In this document: positions 34,116-46,763 of the stretch, in pieces
Position numbering within the stretch: the first letter of the stretch is position 1
Layout of the letters: each line of letters opens with the position of its first letter
Origin: Squalus acanthias
Lineage: Eukaryota
NCBI GenBank assembly: GCA_030390025.1
Contig: CM059431.1
Coordinates: forward strand, 142,788,001 to 142,852,000
Reading direction: 5' to 3'
Length of the DNA: 64,000 nucleotides
Program-made: the position numbers and the translations under genes
Notes under the pieces: generated by a model
The model's input: only the letters and a program-made list of their open reading frames with translations
Database searches by the model: none
Told to the model about the DNA's origin: nothing

Positions 34116-37100
34116 ATGGAAAACATCCTTAAACCATCGCGTCTTGACTTGGACCCAAACACCCCAGCAGCCGGTAAGGTGTGGAAACACTGGTATCGCA
34201 CGTTTGAGAATTTTCTTGAGTATTGCAAAGCTGATGATAACTCAAAGTTGCGGATACTCATCAACTGTGTCACCCCGAATGTATTTCAGTATGTGGAAGA
34301 CTGGGACAGTTATGAGGAGGCAATTCAGACGCTTAAGAGACTATATACTAAGACACCGAATGAGGTCTATGCTAGACATCTACTAGCTACAGCCCAACAA
34401 GGGCCGGAGGAATCCATTGATAAATTCCTCCAAGAGCTTCGCAGACTTAGTATGGACTGTAACTTTCGGGCAGCCTCAGCTGAGCTATACCGCGAAGAAA
34501 TGATCCGTGATGCCTTCATCTGCGGGCTTGCCTCCCCATTTATACGCCAGCGTCTACTGGAAAGTAAGACACTTGAGCTGCAGAGAGCTTATGACCTGGC
34601 TTGCTCTCTAGATCTGGCAAAAAGGAATGCAGACCTTTTTACAGTGCCCAGACCTCGGTCTGCTGCCTTAACTACAGTCAGGCAATTTAAGAGGCCACAG
34701 GTGAACTCTATTAGGGAGGACTTTATCCCTGACGATCGATCTGATGACTTCACTGATGAAGAGGATGATGACCCCACTGTGGCAGCCTCTTGGCAATCTA
34801 AGAAATGCTTTTTTTGTGGTGATGAGTTTCACCCTCGGAGATTCTGCCCTGCTCGCAATGCGTTTTGCAGTCATTGCAACAAAAAGGGTCATTTTGTAAA
34901 GGTTTGCCTATCAAGAGCCTCTACGAGGGCTTATCAAGCTAAGTCCTACCGAAATGCCCCAGTAAGGGCCTATCAGGATGTTCCAACTAAAAACTATCGT
35001 GCTTCCTCTCGGGTTTTTTCTCGAAGAAACACACCTAGAATTTCAGCCACTCTTTGTGCAACGACACCAATTACAGCTGCTTGTCCTCAGAATCTATTCC
35101 ATGCAGCTACAAAAGCATCAATTAATGGACATACTTTAGATGCCTTAATTGACTCAGGTAGCACTGATAGTTTCATTAGGGAACAGACTGTTGCACAGTT
35201 AAAGCTACATGTTTTTCCATCGGACCAGGCAGTTGCGATGGCTCAGTCATCACTTAATACCAGAATTTCTGGCTTCTGTGTAGTTGAAATAATGCTTAAA
35301 GGTCACAGGTATCCCTCCACCCGGCTTTCGGTGCTCAAGGACTTATGTAGTGATCTTATCTTAGGGCTGGATTTTCAAAAGCAGCATAAGAAGCTTACCA
35401 TTGAGTTCGGCGGATCCAAACCTGAACTCACTATTTCTAATATACGACCTCGATTACCGTTCTGTGCCTTGTCAGCAGCTTCACTGGATGAACCCTCACT
35501 GTTTGCCAGTATCCCTCCTCGATGCAAACCGATTATAACAAAGTCACGCCGTTTCAGTCAGGAAGACCAGTCTTTTATTGCGGCTGAGATTTCTCGGCTT
35601 TTAGCAGAGGATATCATCGAGCCTTGTTCGTCGCCATGGCGCGCCCAGGTCGTTATTGTTAAGAACCCTCTACAACCTCACAAGAAACGGCTGTGCATTG
35701 ACTATTCACAGACCATCAATCAGTATACGGACTTGGACGCATACCCATTGCCGCGCATCGATGATATGGTTAATAAATTGGCTGAGTACACGGTGTTCTC
35801 GACTTATGATCTGAAAAGCGCCTATCATCAGGTACCCTTGAAGGTCTCAGACAAGCAGTATACAGCCTTTGAAGCCAATGGGCGGCTGTATCAATTTCGT
35901 CGCCTCCCCTTTGGGGTCACTAATGGAGTGGCTGTCTTCCAGCGAGCAATGGATGACCTGGTCAAACAGGAAGACTTGAAGGATACGTTTCCTTATCTGG
36001 ACAATATTACTGTCGCAGGTCGCAATCAGCAGGAACATGACGCCAATCTCCAACGATTTTGGGATGCACTCCAGCACCGTAATTTGACATTGAATGCGGC
36101 TAAATCCATTGAGTCACAACCAACTATCAACATCCTTGGCTATTGTGTGGGCAATGGCATCATTAAACCTGACCCTGAAAGGCTTCGCCCACTCCAAGAA
36201 CTCCCGCCACCTAAGAATCCGGCCTCCTTGCGCCGGGCCCTCGGCCTGTTTGCATACTATGCGAAATGGATTCCTAACTTCTCGGACCGAATCCAACCTC
36301 TACTGAAGGCCAGCACATTCCCACTAGACACAACGGCTGTTGCAGCCTTTAACCTCCTGAAAAAGCAGTTGGAGAAAGCGGCTCTTCACTCCATCGATGA
36401 GAGTCTTCCTTTCGTGGTTGAGTGTGATGCCTCGGAGGTGGCAATCTCAGCCACTCTGAATCAGGAAGGTCGTCCGGTGGCATTTTTGTCCAGGACTTTT
36501 CAAGGGGCTGAGCTACATTATCCTCCAGTCGAGAAAGAAGCTACAGCCATCATAGAGGCAGTACGGAAGTGGAGTCATCTCCTGGCTCGCCAGCACTTTA
36601 CCTTAATCACGGACCAGCGATCGGTCGCCTTCATGCTCGATAATCGAAAACGGACCAAAATTTAAAATAATAAAATCCAGCTTTGGCGGCTGGAATTGGC
36701 CTCTTTTGGTTACACCATCCACTATCGACCTGGCAAGGAGAATGTGGCTCCGGATACCCTCACACGAGCATTCTGCTCCGCCATGGCACCCTCTACGCTC
36801 GTAGACATCCATGATGGGTTGTGTCATCCAGGCGTTACTCGCATGCTGCACTTCGTGCGGTCCCGAAATCTCCCATTCTCTACCGGGGATGTAAAGAAGA
36901 TGTGCTCGGACTGCAGAGTCTGTGCGGAATTGAAACCTCGGTTTTTCCGCCCCTCGGGTGGTATACTCATACATGCGACCCAGCCAATGCAAAGGCTTAG
37001 CATCGATTTTAAGGGGCCGTTGCCCTCTTCGACTCGCAACACTTATCTATTAACAATAGTTGATGAGTATTCTCGTTTTCCGTTTGCCTTTCCCTGCCCC

Positions 37101-38072
37101 AATATGCTGAGAACCACGGTTATCAGCTGCCTTGAACAGGTATTTGCTTTCTGTGGCATGGCATCCTATGTTCATTCAGATCGGGGCCCTTCTTTTATGT
37201 CGGGAGAACTCAAGGCCTATCTCTCGGAACGGGGTATTGCTGCCAGCAAAACGACGCCTTATCATCCGGTTGGGAATGGGCAAGTCGAGCGTTTTAACGC
37301 TATCATCTGGAATGCGGTACGTCTGGCTTTGAGATCTCGGGGCCTACCCAACCAGCATTTGGAAGCAGTACTTCCAGACGCATTACACTCCACACGGTCC
37401 CTCCTTTCGACCGCCACAAATACGACGCCTCATGAACGGTTCTTCCGATTTCAGCGTCGCTCATCCTATGGGACATCTCTCCCGTCGTGGCTGACTGCAC
37501 CGGGACCAGTGCTACTCCGAAGATATGTCCGGGCGTCTAAGAATGACCCCCTGGTAGATGAGGTTGAGCTCACTGACGTCAACCCTACCTACGCCTATAT
37601 TCGGTATCCTGACGGTCGGGAATCTACCGTGTCATTGCGGGATCTGGCTCCCTGCCCGCCGAAACATAGAGGGACACCAGGGGATGATATTGTACCAGGC
37701 ACATCTCTGGGCTTGCCAGGTGCCTCTCATCATGATCGGGATCTGACGCCGGCTGGTACCTCACTCCAGCGTGCCGACCTGGGGCAGACTGACTATGAGC
37801 CCGTCGGGGCTCGCACGCGCAGCCACGATCAACCCTGTACCGTACGCTCAGAAACGGATCTGCCACAGCCCTGCCCGACACCCATTCGGGTACCAGTACA
37901 CAGTCAGGATCGTTCTGACCCCTCACAGAGCGGGCTGGAGCACTCGGACTCTGGTCCATGGCCCGCAGCGGGTAAACGGGCTAGGGGCCCTCTACCGCTA
38001 CGAGAACCCAAACGGGTGCGGCTCTCCCTCATCCAACGGCTACGAAATGGAGGGAGCATTCCGGCCTCCTAA
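34116..38072 (+). pseudogene. Single-frame Gag-Pol (two CCHC-type knuckles, protease, RT, RNase H, integrase) interrupted by one in-frame TAA at 36663-36665
   Basis: CFFC..H....C, CSHCNKKGHFVKVC, LIDSGS, LPFG, YLDN, ECDAS, HHCC, IDFKGP..SDRG..GQVER; both ORF-track pieces are in the same frame. Confidence 0.95.
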
Positions 38073-38090
38073 TCTTTTGGGGGGGGAGAA

Positions 38091-38273
38091 TGTGGTAACA
38101 CTTTTCAGCTTCCTGTATGACATCACTTCCTGTAATCAGTCCAGGATAAATACTGGACTGATCAGTTAGCTCTGGAAGAGGCATAGGGTAAGACCTCTTT
38201 TGTATGCAGCACCGTTTTAAGTTGATTAAAGCTTACATTAAGTTTACCACGCGTAAGGCTCATTCTTACGACA
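38091..38273 (+). repeat. 3' LTR (183 bp)
   Basis: Identical by eye to the 5' LTR; preceded by the PPT. Confidence 0.97.
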
Positions 38274-41200
38274 GGGACGGTTCAGTCTGAGAGAGGGGAC
38301 GGTTCAGCCTGAGAGAGGAGACGGTTCAGTCCGAGACAGAGGGTGGTTCAGCCTGAGAGAGGGGGCGGTTCAGTCTGAGAGAGGGGGCGGTTCAGTCTGA
38401 GAGAGGGGACGGTTCAGTCTGAGAGAGGGGGCGGTTCAGTCTGAGAGAGGGGACGGTTCAGTCTGAGAGAGGGGGCGGTTCAGTCTGAGAGAGGGGACGG
38501 TTCAGCCTGAGAGAGAGGGTGGTTCAGTCTGAGAGGGGGGGGTTCAGTCTGAGAAAGGGGGCGGTTCAGTCTGAGAGAGGGGGGTTCAGCCTGAGAGAGG
38601 GGACGGTTCAGTCTGAGAGAGGGGACGGTTCAGTCTGAGAGAGGGGACGGTTCAGTCCGAGACAGGGTGGTTCAGTCTGAGAGAGGGGACGGTTCAGTCT
38701 GAGAGAGGGGACGGTTCAGACTGAGAGAGGGGACGGTTCAGTCTGAGAGAGGGGTGGTTCAGTCTGAGAGAGGGGACGGTTCAGCCTGAGAGAGGGGGCG
38801 GTTCAGACTGAGAGAGGGGGTGGTTCAGTCTGAGAGAGGGGACGGTTCAGTCTGAGAGAGGGGACGGTTCAGTCTGAGAGAGGGGACGGTTCAGTCCGAG
38901 ACAGAGGGTGGTTCAGTCTGAGAGAGGGGGTGGTTCAGTCTGAGAGAGGGGACGGTTCAGTCTGAGAGAGGGGGTGGCTCAGTCTGAGAGAGGGGTGGGT
39001 TCAGTCTGAGAGAGGGGACGGTTCAGTCTGAGAGAGGGGACGGTTCAGTCTGAGAGAGGGGACGGTTCAGTCTGAGAGAGGGGACGGTTCAGTCTGAGAG
39101 AGGGGACGGTTCAGTCTGAGAGACGGGACGGTTCAGTCCGAGAACGAGGGTGGTTCAGTCTGAGAGAGGGGGCGGTTCAGTCTGAGAGAGGGGACGGTTC
39201 AGACTGAGAGAGGGGACGGTTCAGTCTGAGAGAGGGGTGGTTCAGTCTGAGAGAGGGGACGGTTCAGCCTGAGAGAGGGGGCGGTTCAGTCTGAGAGAGG
39301 GGGTGGTTCAGGCTGAGAGAGGGGACGGTTCAGTCTGAGAGAGGGGACGGTTCAGTCTGAGAGAGGGGACGGTTCAGTCCGAGACAGAGGGTGGTTCAGT
39401 CTGAGAGAGGGGGTGGTTCAGTCTGAGAGAGGGGACGGTTCAGTCTGAGAGAGGGGGTGGTTCAGTCTGAGAGAGGGGGGGGTTCAGTCTGAGAGAGGGG
39501 ACGGTTCAGTCTGAGAGAGGGGACGGTTCAGTCTGAGAGAGGGGACGGTTCAGTCTGAGAGAGGGGACGGTTCAGTCTGAGAGAGGGGACGGTTCAGTCT
39601 GAGAGACGGGACGGTTCAGTCCGAGACAGTGGGTGGTTCAGTCTGAGAGAGGGGGGCGGTTCAGTCTGAGAGAGGGGGTGGTTCAGTCCGAGACAGAGGG
39701 TGGTTCAGTGTGAGAGAGGGGGGGTTCAGTCTGAGAGAGGGGGCGGTTCAGTCTGAGAGAGGGGGCGGTTCAGTCTGAGAGAGGGGACGGTTCAGTCTGA
39801 GAGAGGGGGCGGTTCAGTCTGAGAGAGGGGACGGTTCAGCCTGAGAGAGAGGGTGGTTCAGTCTGAGAGGGGGGGGTTCAGTCTGAGAAAGGGGGCGGTT
39901 CAGTCTGAGAGAGGGGGGTTCAGCCTGAGAGAGGGGACGGTTCAGTCTGAGAGAGGGGACGGTTCAGTCTGAGAGAGGGGACGGTTCAGTCCGAGACAGG
40001 GTGGTTCAGTCTGAGAGAGCGGACGGTTCAGTCTGAGAGAGGGGACGGTTCAGACTGAGAGAGGGGACGGTTCAGTCTGAGAGAGGGGTGGTTCAGTCTG
40101 AGAGAGGGGACGGTTCAGCCTGAGAGAGGGGGCGGTTCAGACTGAGAGAGGGTGTGGTTCAGTCTGAGAGAGGGGACGGTTCAGTCTGAGAGAGGGGACG
40201 GTTCAGTCTGAGAGAGGGGACGGTTCAGTCCGAGACAGAGGGTGGTTCAGTCTGAGAGAGGGGGTGGTTCAGTCTGAGAGAGGGGACGGTTCAGTCTGAG
40301 AGAGGGGGTGGTTCAGTCTGAGAGAGGGGTGGGTTCAGTCTGAGAGAGGGGACGGTTCAGTCTGAGAGAGGGGACGGTTCAGTCTGAGAGAGGGGACGGT
40401 TCAGTCTGAGAGAGGGGACGGTTCAGTCTGAGAGATGGGACGGTTCAGTCTGAGAGACGGGACGGTTCAGTCCGAGAACGAGGGTGGTTCAGTCTGAGAG
40501 AGGGGGCGGTTCAGTCTGAGAGAGGGGACGGTTCAGACTGAGAGAGGGGACGGTTCAGTCTGAGAGAGGGGTGGTTCAGTCTGAGAGAGGGGACGGTTCA
40601 GCCTGAGAGAGGGGGCGGTTCAGTCTGAGAGAGGGGGTGGTTCAGGCTGAGAGAGGGGACGGTTCAGTCTGAGAGAGGGGACGGTTCAGTCTGAGAGAGG
40701 GGACGGTTCAGTCCGAGACAGAGGGTGGTTCAGTCTGAGAGAGGGGGTGGTTCAGTCTGAGAGAGGGGACGGTTCAGTCTGAGAGAGGGGGTGGTTCAGT
40801 CTGAGAGAGGGGGGGGGTTCAGTCTGAGAGAGGGGACGGTTCAGTCTGAGAGAGGGGACGGTTCAGTCTGAGAGAGGGGACGGTTCAGTCTGAGAGAGGG
40901 GACGGTTCAGTCTGAGAGACGGGACGGTTCAGTCCGAGACAGTGGGTGGTTCAGTCTGAGAGAGGGGGCGGTTCAGTCTGAGAGAGGGGGTGGTTCAGTC
41001 CGAGACAGAGGGTGGTTCAGTGTGAGAGAGGGGGGGTTCAGTCTGAGAGAGGGGACGGTTCAGTCTGAGAGAGGGGACGGTTCAGTCTGAGAGAGGGTAC
41101 GGTTCAGTCTGAGAGAGGGGACGGTTCAGTCTGAGAGAGGGGACGGTTCAGTCCGAGACAGAGGGTGGTTCAGTCTGAGAGAGGGGGCGGTTCAGTCGGA

Positions 41201-44200
41201 GACAGAGGGTGGTTCAGTCTGAGAGAGGGGGCGGTTCAGTCCGAGACAGAGGGTGGTTCAGTCTGAGAGAGAGGACGGTTCAGTCTGAGAGAGGGGACGG
41301 TTCAGTCCGAGAGAGGGGACGGTTCAGTCCGAGAGAGGGGACGGTTCAGTCTGAGAGAGGGGACCGTTCAGTCTGAGAGAGGGGGTGGTTCAGTCTGAGA
41401 GAGGGGACGGTTCAGTCTGAGAGAGGGTACGGTTCAGTCTGAGAGAGGGGACGGTTCAGTCTGAGAGAGGGGACGGTTCAGTCTGAGAGAGGGGACGGTT
41501 CAGTCTGAGAGAGGGGGCGGTTCAGTCTGAGAGAGGGGGCGGTTCAGTCTGAGAGAGGGGGCGGTTGAGTCTGAGAGAGGGGACGGTTGAGTCTGAGAGA
41601 GGGGACGGTTCAGTCTGAGAGAGGGGACGGTTCAGTCTGAGAGAGGGGGTGGTTCAGTCTGAGAGAGGGGACGGTTCAGTCTGAGAGAGGGGGTGGTTCA
41701 GTCTGAGAGAGGGGTGGGTTCAGTCTGAGAGAGGGGACGGTTCAGTCTGAGAGAGGGGACGGTTCAGTCTGAGAGAGGGGACGGTTCAGTCTGAGAGAGG
41801 GGACGGTTCAGTCTGAGAGATGGGACGGTTCAGTCTGAGAGACGGGACGGTTCAGTCCGAGAACGAGGGTGGTTCAGTCTGAGAGAGGGGGCGGTTCAGT
41901 CTGAGAGAGGGGACGGTTCAGACTGAGAGAGGGGACGGTTCAGTCTGAGAGAGGGGTGGTTCAGTCTGAGAGAGGGGACGGTTCAGCCTGAGAGAGGGGG
42001 CGGTTCAGTCTGAGAGAGGGGGTGGTTCAGGCTGAGAGAGGGGACGGTTCAGTCTGAGAGAGGGGACGGTTCAGTCTGAGAGAGGGGACGGTTCAGTCCG
42101 AGACAGAGGGTGGTTCAGTCTGAGAGAGGGGGTGGTTCAGTCTGAGAGAGGGGACGGTTCAGTCTGAGAGAGGGGGTGGTTCAGTCTGAGAGAGGGGGGG
42201 GGGTTCAGTCTGAGAGAGGGGACGGTTCAGTCTGAGAGAGGGGACGGTTCAGTCTGAGAGAGGGGACGGTTCAGTCTGAGAGAGGGGACGGTTCAGTCTG
42301 AGAGAGGGGACGGTTCAGTCTGAGAGACGGGACGGTTCAGTCCGAGACAGTGGGTGGTTCAGTCTGAGAGAGGGGGCGGTTCAGTCTGAGAGAGGGGGTG
42401 GTTCAGTCCGAGACAGAGGGTGGTTCAGTGTGAGAGAGGGGGGGTTCAGTCTGAGAGAGGGGACGGTTCAGTCTGAGAGAGGGGACGGTTCAGTCTGAGA
42501 GAGGGTACGGTTCAGTCTGAGAGAGGGGACGGTTCAGTCTGAGAGAGGGGACGGTTCAGTCCGAGACAGAGGGTGGTTCAGTCTGAGAGAGGGGGCGGTT
42601 CAGTCGGAGACAGAGGGTGGTTCAGTCTGAGAGAGGGGGCGGTTCAGTCCGAGACAGAGGGTGGTTCAGTCTGAGAGAGAGGACGGTTCAGTCTGAGAGA
42701 GGGGACGGTTCAGTCCGAGAGAGGGGACGGTTCAGTCCGAGAGAGGGGACGGTTCAGTCTGAGAGAGGGGACCGTTCAGTCTGAGAGAGGGGGTGGTTCA
42801 GTCTGAGAGAGGGGACGTTTCAGTCTGAGAGAGGGTACGGTTCAGTCTGAGAGAGGGGACGGTTCAGTCTGAGAGAGGGGACGGTTCAGTCTGAGAGAGG
42901 GGACGGTTCAGTCTGAGAGAGGGGGCGGTTCAGTCTGAGAGAGGGGGCGGTTCAGTCTGAGAGAGGGGGCGGTTCAGTCTGAGAGAGGGGACGGTTGAGT
43001 CTGAGAGAGGGGACGGTTGAGTCTGAGAGAGGGGACGGTTCAGTCTGAGAGAGGGGACGGTTCAGTCTGAGAGAGGGGACGGTTCAGTCTGAGAGAGGGG
43101 ACGGTTCAGTCTGAGAGATGGGGCGGTTCAGTCTGAGAGAGGGGACGGTTCAGTCTCAGAGAGGGGACGGTTCAGTCTGAGAGAGGGGATGGTTCAGTCT
43201 GAGAGAGGGGGTGGTTCAGTCCGAGACAGAGGGTGGTTCAGTCTGAGAGAGGGGACGGTTCAGTCTGAGAGAGGGGACGGTTCAGTCTGAGAGAGAGGAC
43301 GGTTCAGTCTGAGAGAGGGGATGGTCCAGTCTGAGAGAGGGGACGGTTCAGTCTGAGAGAGGGGGCGGTTCAGTCTGAGAGAGGGGACGGTTCAGTCTGA
43401 GAGAGAGGACGGTTCAGTCTAAGAGAGGGGACGGTTCAGTCTGAGAGAGGGGTGGTTCAGACTGAGAGAGGGGGCGGTTCAGTCTGAGAGAGGGGACGGT
43501 TCAGACTGAGAGAGGGGACGGTTCAGTCTGAGAGAGGGGACGGTTCAGTCTGAGAGAGGGGACGGTTCAGTCTGAGAGAGAGGACGGTTCAGTCTGAGAG
43601 AGCGGTGGTTCAGACTGAGAGAGGGTGGTTCAGACTGAGAGAGGGGTGGTTCAGACTGAGAGAGGGTGGTTCAGACTGAGAGAGGGGGCGGTTAAGACTG
43701 AGAGAAGGGACGGTTCAGCCTGAGAGAGGGGGCGGTTCAGTCTGAGAGAGGGGACGGTTCAGGCTGAGAGGGGCGGTTCAGTCTGAGAGAGGGGCCGGTT
43801 CAGTCTGAGAGGGGCTGTTCAGTCTGAGAGAGGGGACGGTTCAGTCTGAGAGAGGGGGGTTCAGTCTGAGAGACGGGGGTTCAGTCTGAGAGAGGGGGGG
43901 TTTCAGTCTGAGAGAGGGGACGGTTCAGTCTGAGGGGACGGTTCAGTCTGAGAGAGGCGACGGTTCAGACTGAGAGAGGGGACCGTTCAGTCTGAGAGAG
44001 GGTGGGGTGTTCAGTCTGAGAGAGGGGGGTTCAGTATGAGAGAGGGGACGGTTCAATCTGAGAGAGGGGACGGTTCAGTCTGAGAGAGGAGGCAGTTCAG
44101 TCTGAGAGAGGGGACGGTTCAATCTGAGAGGACGGTTCAGTCTGAGAGAGGGGACGGTTCAGTCTGAAAGAGGGGGGGTTCAGTCTGAGAGAGGGGGGTT

Positions 44201-44745
44201 CAGTCTGAGAGAGGGGATGGTTCAGTCTGAGAGAGGGGGTGGTTCAGTCTGAGAGAGGGGGCGGTTCAGTCTGAGAGAGGGGACCATTCAGCCTGATGAG
44301 GGGGCGTTCAGTCTGAGAGAGGGGACGGTTCAGCCTGACAGAGGGGGCTGTTCAGCCTGAGAGAGGGGGCGGTTCAGTCTGAGCGAGGGGTGTTCAGTCT
44401 GAGAGAGGGGCTGTTCAGTCTGAGAGAGGGACGGTTCATTTTGAGAGAGGGGGCGGTTCAGTCTGAGAGAGGGTGTGTTCAGTCTGAGAGAGGGGCGGTT
44501 CAGTCTGAGAGAGGGGACGGTTCAGTCTGAGAGAGGGGGCGGTTCAGTCTGAGAGAGACGGGGTTCAGTCTGAGAGAGGGGCGGTTCAGTCTGAGAGAGG
44601 CGGCGGTTCAGTCTGAGAGAGGGGACGGTTCATTCTGAGAGAGGTGGCGGTTCAGTCTGAGAGAGGCGGGGTTCAGTCTGAGAGAGGGGGCTGTTCAGTC
44701 TGAGAGAGGAGGGGTTCAGTCTGAGAGAGGGGGCGGTTCAGACTG
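38274..44745. repeat. 22-bp G-rich minisatellite, main array (~6.5 kb, roughly 290 units) with higher-order repeats
   Basis: Tandem unit read directly; variant units recur every 1.3-1.4 kb. Confidence 0.98.
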
Positions 44746-44748
44746 ACG

Positions 44749-45527
44749 GATTCACCAGTGCTGTGAGATAAGACTCACTGTTAATACTGCAGGAGTGGGA
44801 CCAGTACCAGCACTGACAGAGTGAGGGATTCACCAGTGCTGTGTGATAAGACTCACTGTTAATACTGCAGGAGTGGGACCAGTACCAGCACTGACAGAGT
44901 GAGGGATTCACCAGTGCTGTGTGATAAGACTCACTGTTAATACTGCAGGAGTGGGACCAGTACCAGCACTGTTAGAGTGAGGGATTCACCAGTGCTGTGA
45001 GATAAGGCTCACTGTTAATACTGCAGGAGTTGTTCCAGTACCAGCACTGACAGAGAGAGGGATTCACCAGAGCTGTGAGATAAGGCTCACTGTTAATACT
45101 GGAGGAGTGGGACCAGTACCAGCACGGACAGAGTGAGGGATTCACCAGTGCTGTGAGATAAGGCTCACTGTTAATACTGCAGGAGTTGTTCCAGTACCAG
45201 CACTGACAGAGTGAGGGATTCACCAGAGCTGTGAGATAAGGCTCACTGTTAATACTGGAGGAGTGGGACCAGTACCAGCTCTGACAGAGTGAGGGATTCA
45301 CCAGTGCTGTGAGATAAGACTCACTGTTAATACTGCAGGAGTGGGACCAGTACCAGCACTGACAGAGTGAGGGATTCACCAGTGCTGTGAGATAAGGCTC
45401 ACTGTTAATACTGCAGGAGTGGGTCCAGTCCCAGCTCTGACAGAGTGAGGGATTCACCATTACTGTGAGATAAGGCTCACTGTTAATACTGCAGGAGTGG
45501 GACCAGTACCAGCACTGACAGAGTGAG
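44749..45527. repeat. 78-bp minisatellite, ~10 copies
   Basis: Unit GGATTCACCAGTGCTGTGAGATAAGRCTCACTGTTAATACTGCAGGAGTGGGACCAGTACCAGCACTGACAGAGTGAG. Confidence 0.97.
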
Positions 45528-45544
45528 GTATTCCTTAAGAGTGA

Positions 45545-46032
45545 GTCTGGCGCAGGCGCACTGGGAGTGGCTCCGACCCTCAGGAACGGCAGCCGCTGTG
45601 GGAGATGCTATGACGTCATCCGCGCGCTCCCGCGCTCGCGCTGAGGCGGTTGAACGGCCGCGCGGGAGGACATGTCAGGAGACACGTGACCCCGGCGCGA
45701 CAGCGGCACTTCAGCATACTGGGCGGGGCCCTGTGGCGGTCCGGGCTCCCATTGGCTGTATGCGGCAGTCAATCTATGAGTCGCAGCCAATAGAAGAGAC
45801 GAGCTCAGTGATCGACGTTATTTATTGCTCTTGTGGATACTGTGGCCGCAGTGCGCATGCTCGGTACTGACCCCACCCCAGTCTAGTCCCTGGAGGAAGT
45901 AAAATTCCTTGAGGAAGAAACGGTCCCCCAGATGAAATGGCCGAGTTACCGGGGAGCGGCTGGGAACTGGACTGAGGAGCGGCGGATGGAGCCGGATCAG
46001 AGACTAGGCGGGCGGCGATGGTGCGGGTGAGT
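45545..46032 (+). promoter_or_regulatory. CpG-island promoter and probable first exon ending at 46026
   Basis: CRE TGACGTCA 45611, E-box CACGTG ~45683, GC box GGGCGGGG 45721, CCAAT boxes ~45751 and ~45787, NRF1-like GCGCAGGCGCA and TGCGCATGC, donor CGG|GTGAGT at 46027. Confidence 0.65.
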
Positions 46033-46134
46033 TTGGGGATCAGAGAATCACAGAGATTTACAGCACAGAAGGAGTCTTGTCCGCGCCGGCCGAGAGCGAT
46101 CCTCCCCAGGCCCACTTTCCAGCTCCTTCAGAAC

Positions 46135-46450
46135 ATCAGAAACAGGAGCAGGAGTGGGTGACCCGGCCCCGAGCCTGCTCCAACATTCAATCAGATCCAG
46201 CAATCCATCTCTCTCACAACATCAGGAGCAGGAGTGGGTGATCCGGCCCCGAGCCTGCTCCAACATTCAATCAGATCCAGCAATCCATCTCTCTCACAAC
46301 ATCAGGAGCAGGAGTGGGTGACCCGGCCCCGAGCCTGCTCCACCATTCAATCAGATCAAACAATCCATCTCTCTCAGAACATCAGGAGCAGGAGTGGGTG
46401 ACCCGGCCCCGAGCCTGCTCCACCATTCAATCAGATCCTGGCTGATCATT
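46135..46450. repeat. 80-bp tandem repeat (~4 copies) derived from a reverse-oriented CR1 3' end
   Basis: Unit AGGAGCAGGAGTGGGTGACCCGGCCCCGAGCCTGCTCC..CATTCAAT matches the CR1 tail at 50548-50600. Confidence 0.85.
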
Positions 46451-46534
46451 GCCCTCACTTCCCTCCCTCCCCCACCCCCCCGCCCCCTCCTGTTTCATTT
46501 TTTGTCCACCCCAGTCCAACACTGGCATCTCCGC

Positions 46535-46758
46535 ATCATGTTTCATTCGTCACAAACACACACATTACCGAATTCGAACAACACCGGTCAAAGCAAGCAG
46601 GGAATGTGCTTCCAAAATCAACGTCCGAGAAACAGCGACCATCAGATTCCCAGTGTATTCTGAAATGGTAAGAACCCAAAACAAGTAAAACACAGAATAT
46701 AGTCTGAAATGGGAATGAGTAATATTAGAAATAAAAGCTGAAAATGCTGGAAACACTC
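46535..46758 (+). other. Inverted duplicate of 17725-17950 (inner edge of the duplication arm)
   Basis: Reverse-complement match; ORFs 17727-17936(+) and 46565-46792(-) give near-identical text. Confidence 0.9.
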
Positions 46759-46763
46759 CGCGG

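Larger units (their letters stand above)
33854..38273 (+). mobile_element. Full-length Ty3/Gypsy LTR retrotransposon, recent insertion
   Basis: TG..CA LTRs at 33854-34036 and 38091-38273; TSD GGGAC at 33849-33853 and 38274-38278; PPT GGGGGGGGAGAA at 38079-38090. Confidence 0.98.

Noticed and set aside
36663..36695. Programmed readthrough or separate integrase gene in the Gypsy element
   Set aside because: The stop lies inside the RNase H C-terminal region, not at a Gag/Pol boundary; a point mutation is simpler
44972..45460. 162-aa Cys/Trp repeat ORF
   Set aside because: Translation of the 78-bp minisatellite
33315..45527. Repeat arrays as CRISPR-like arrays
   Set aside because: No unique spacers, no cas genes, vertebrate context
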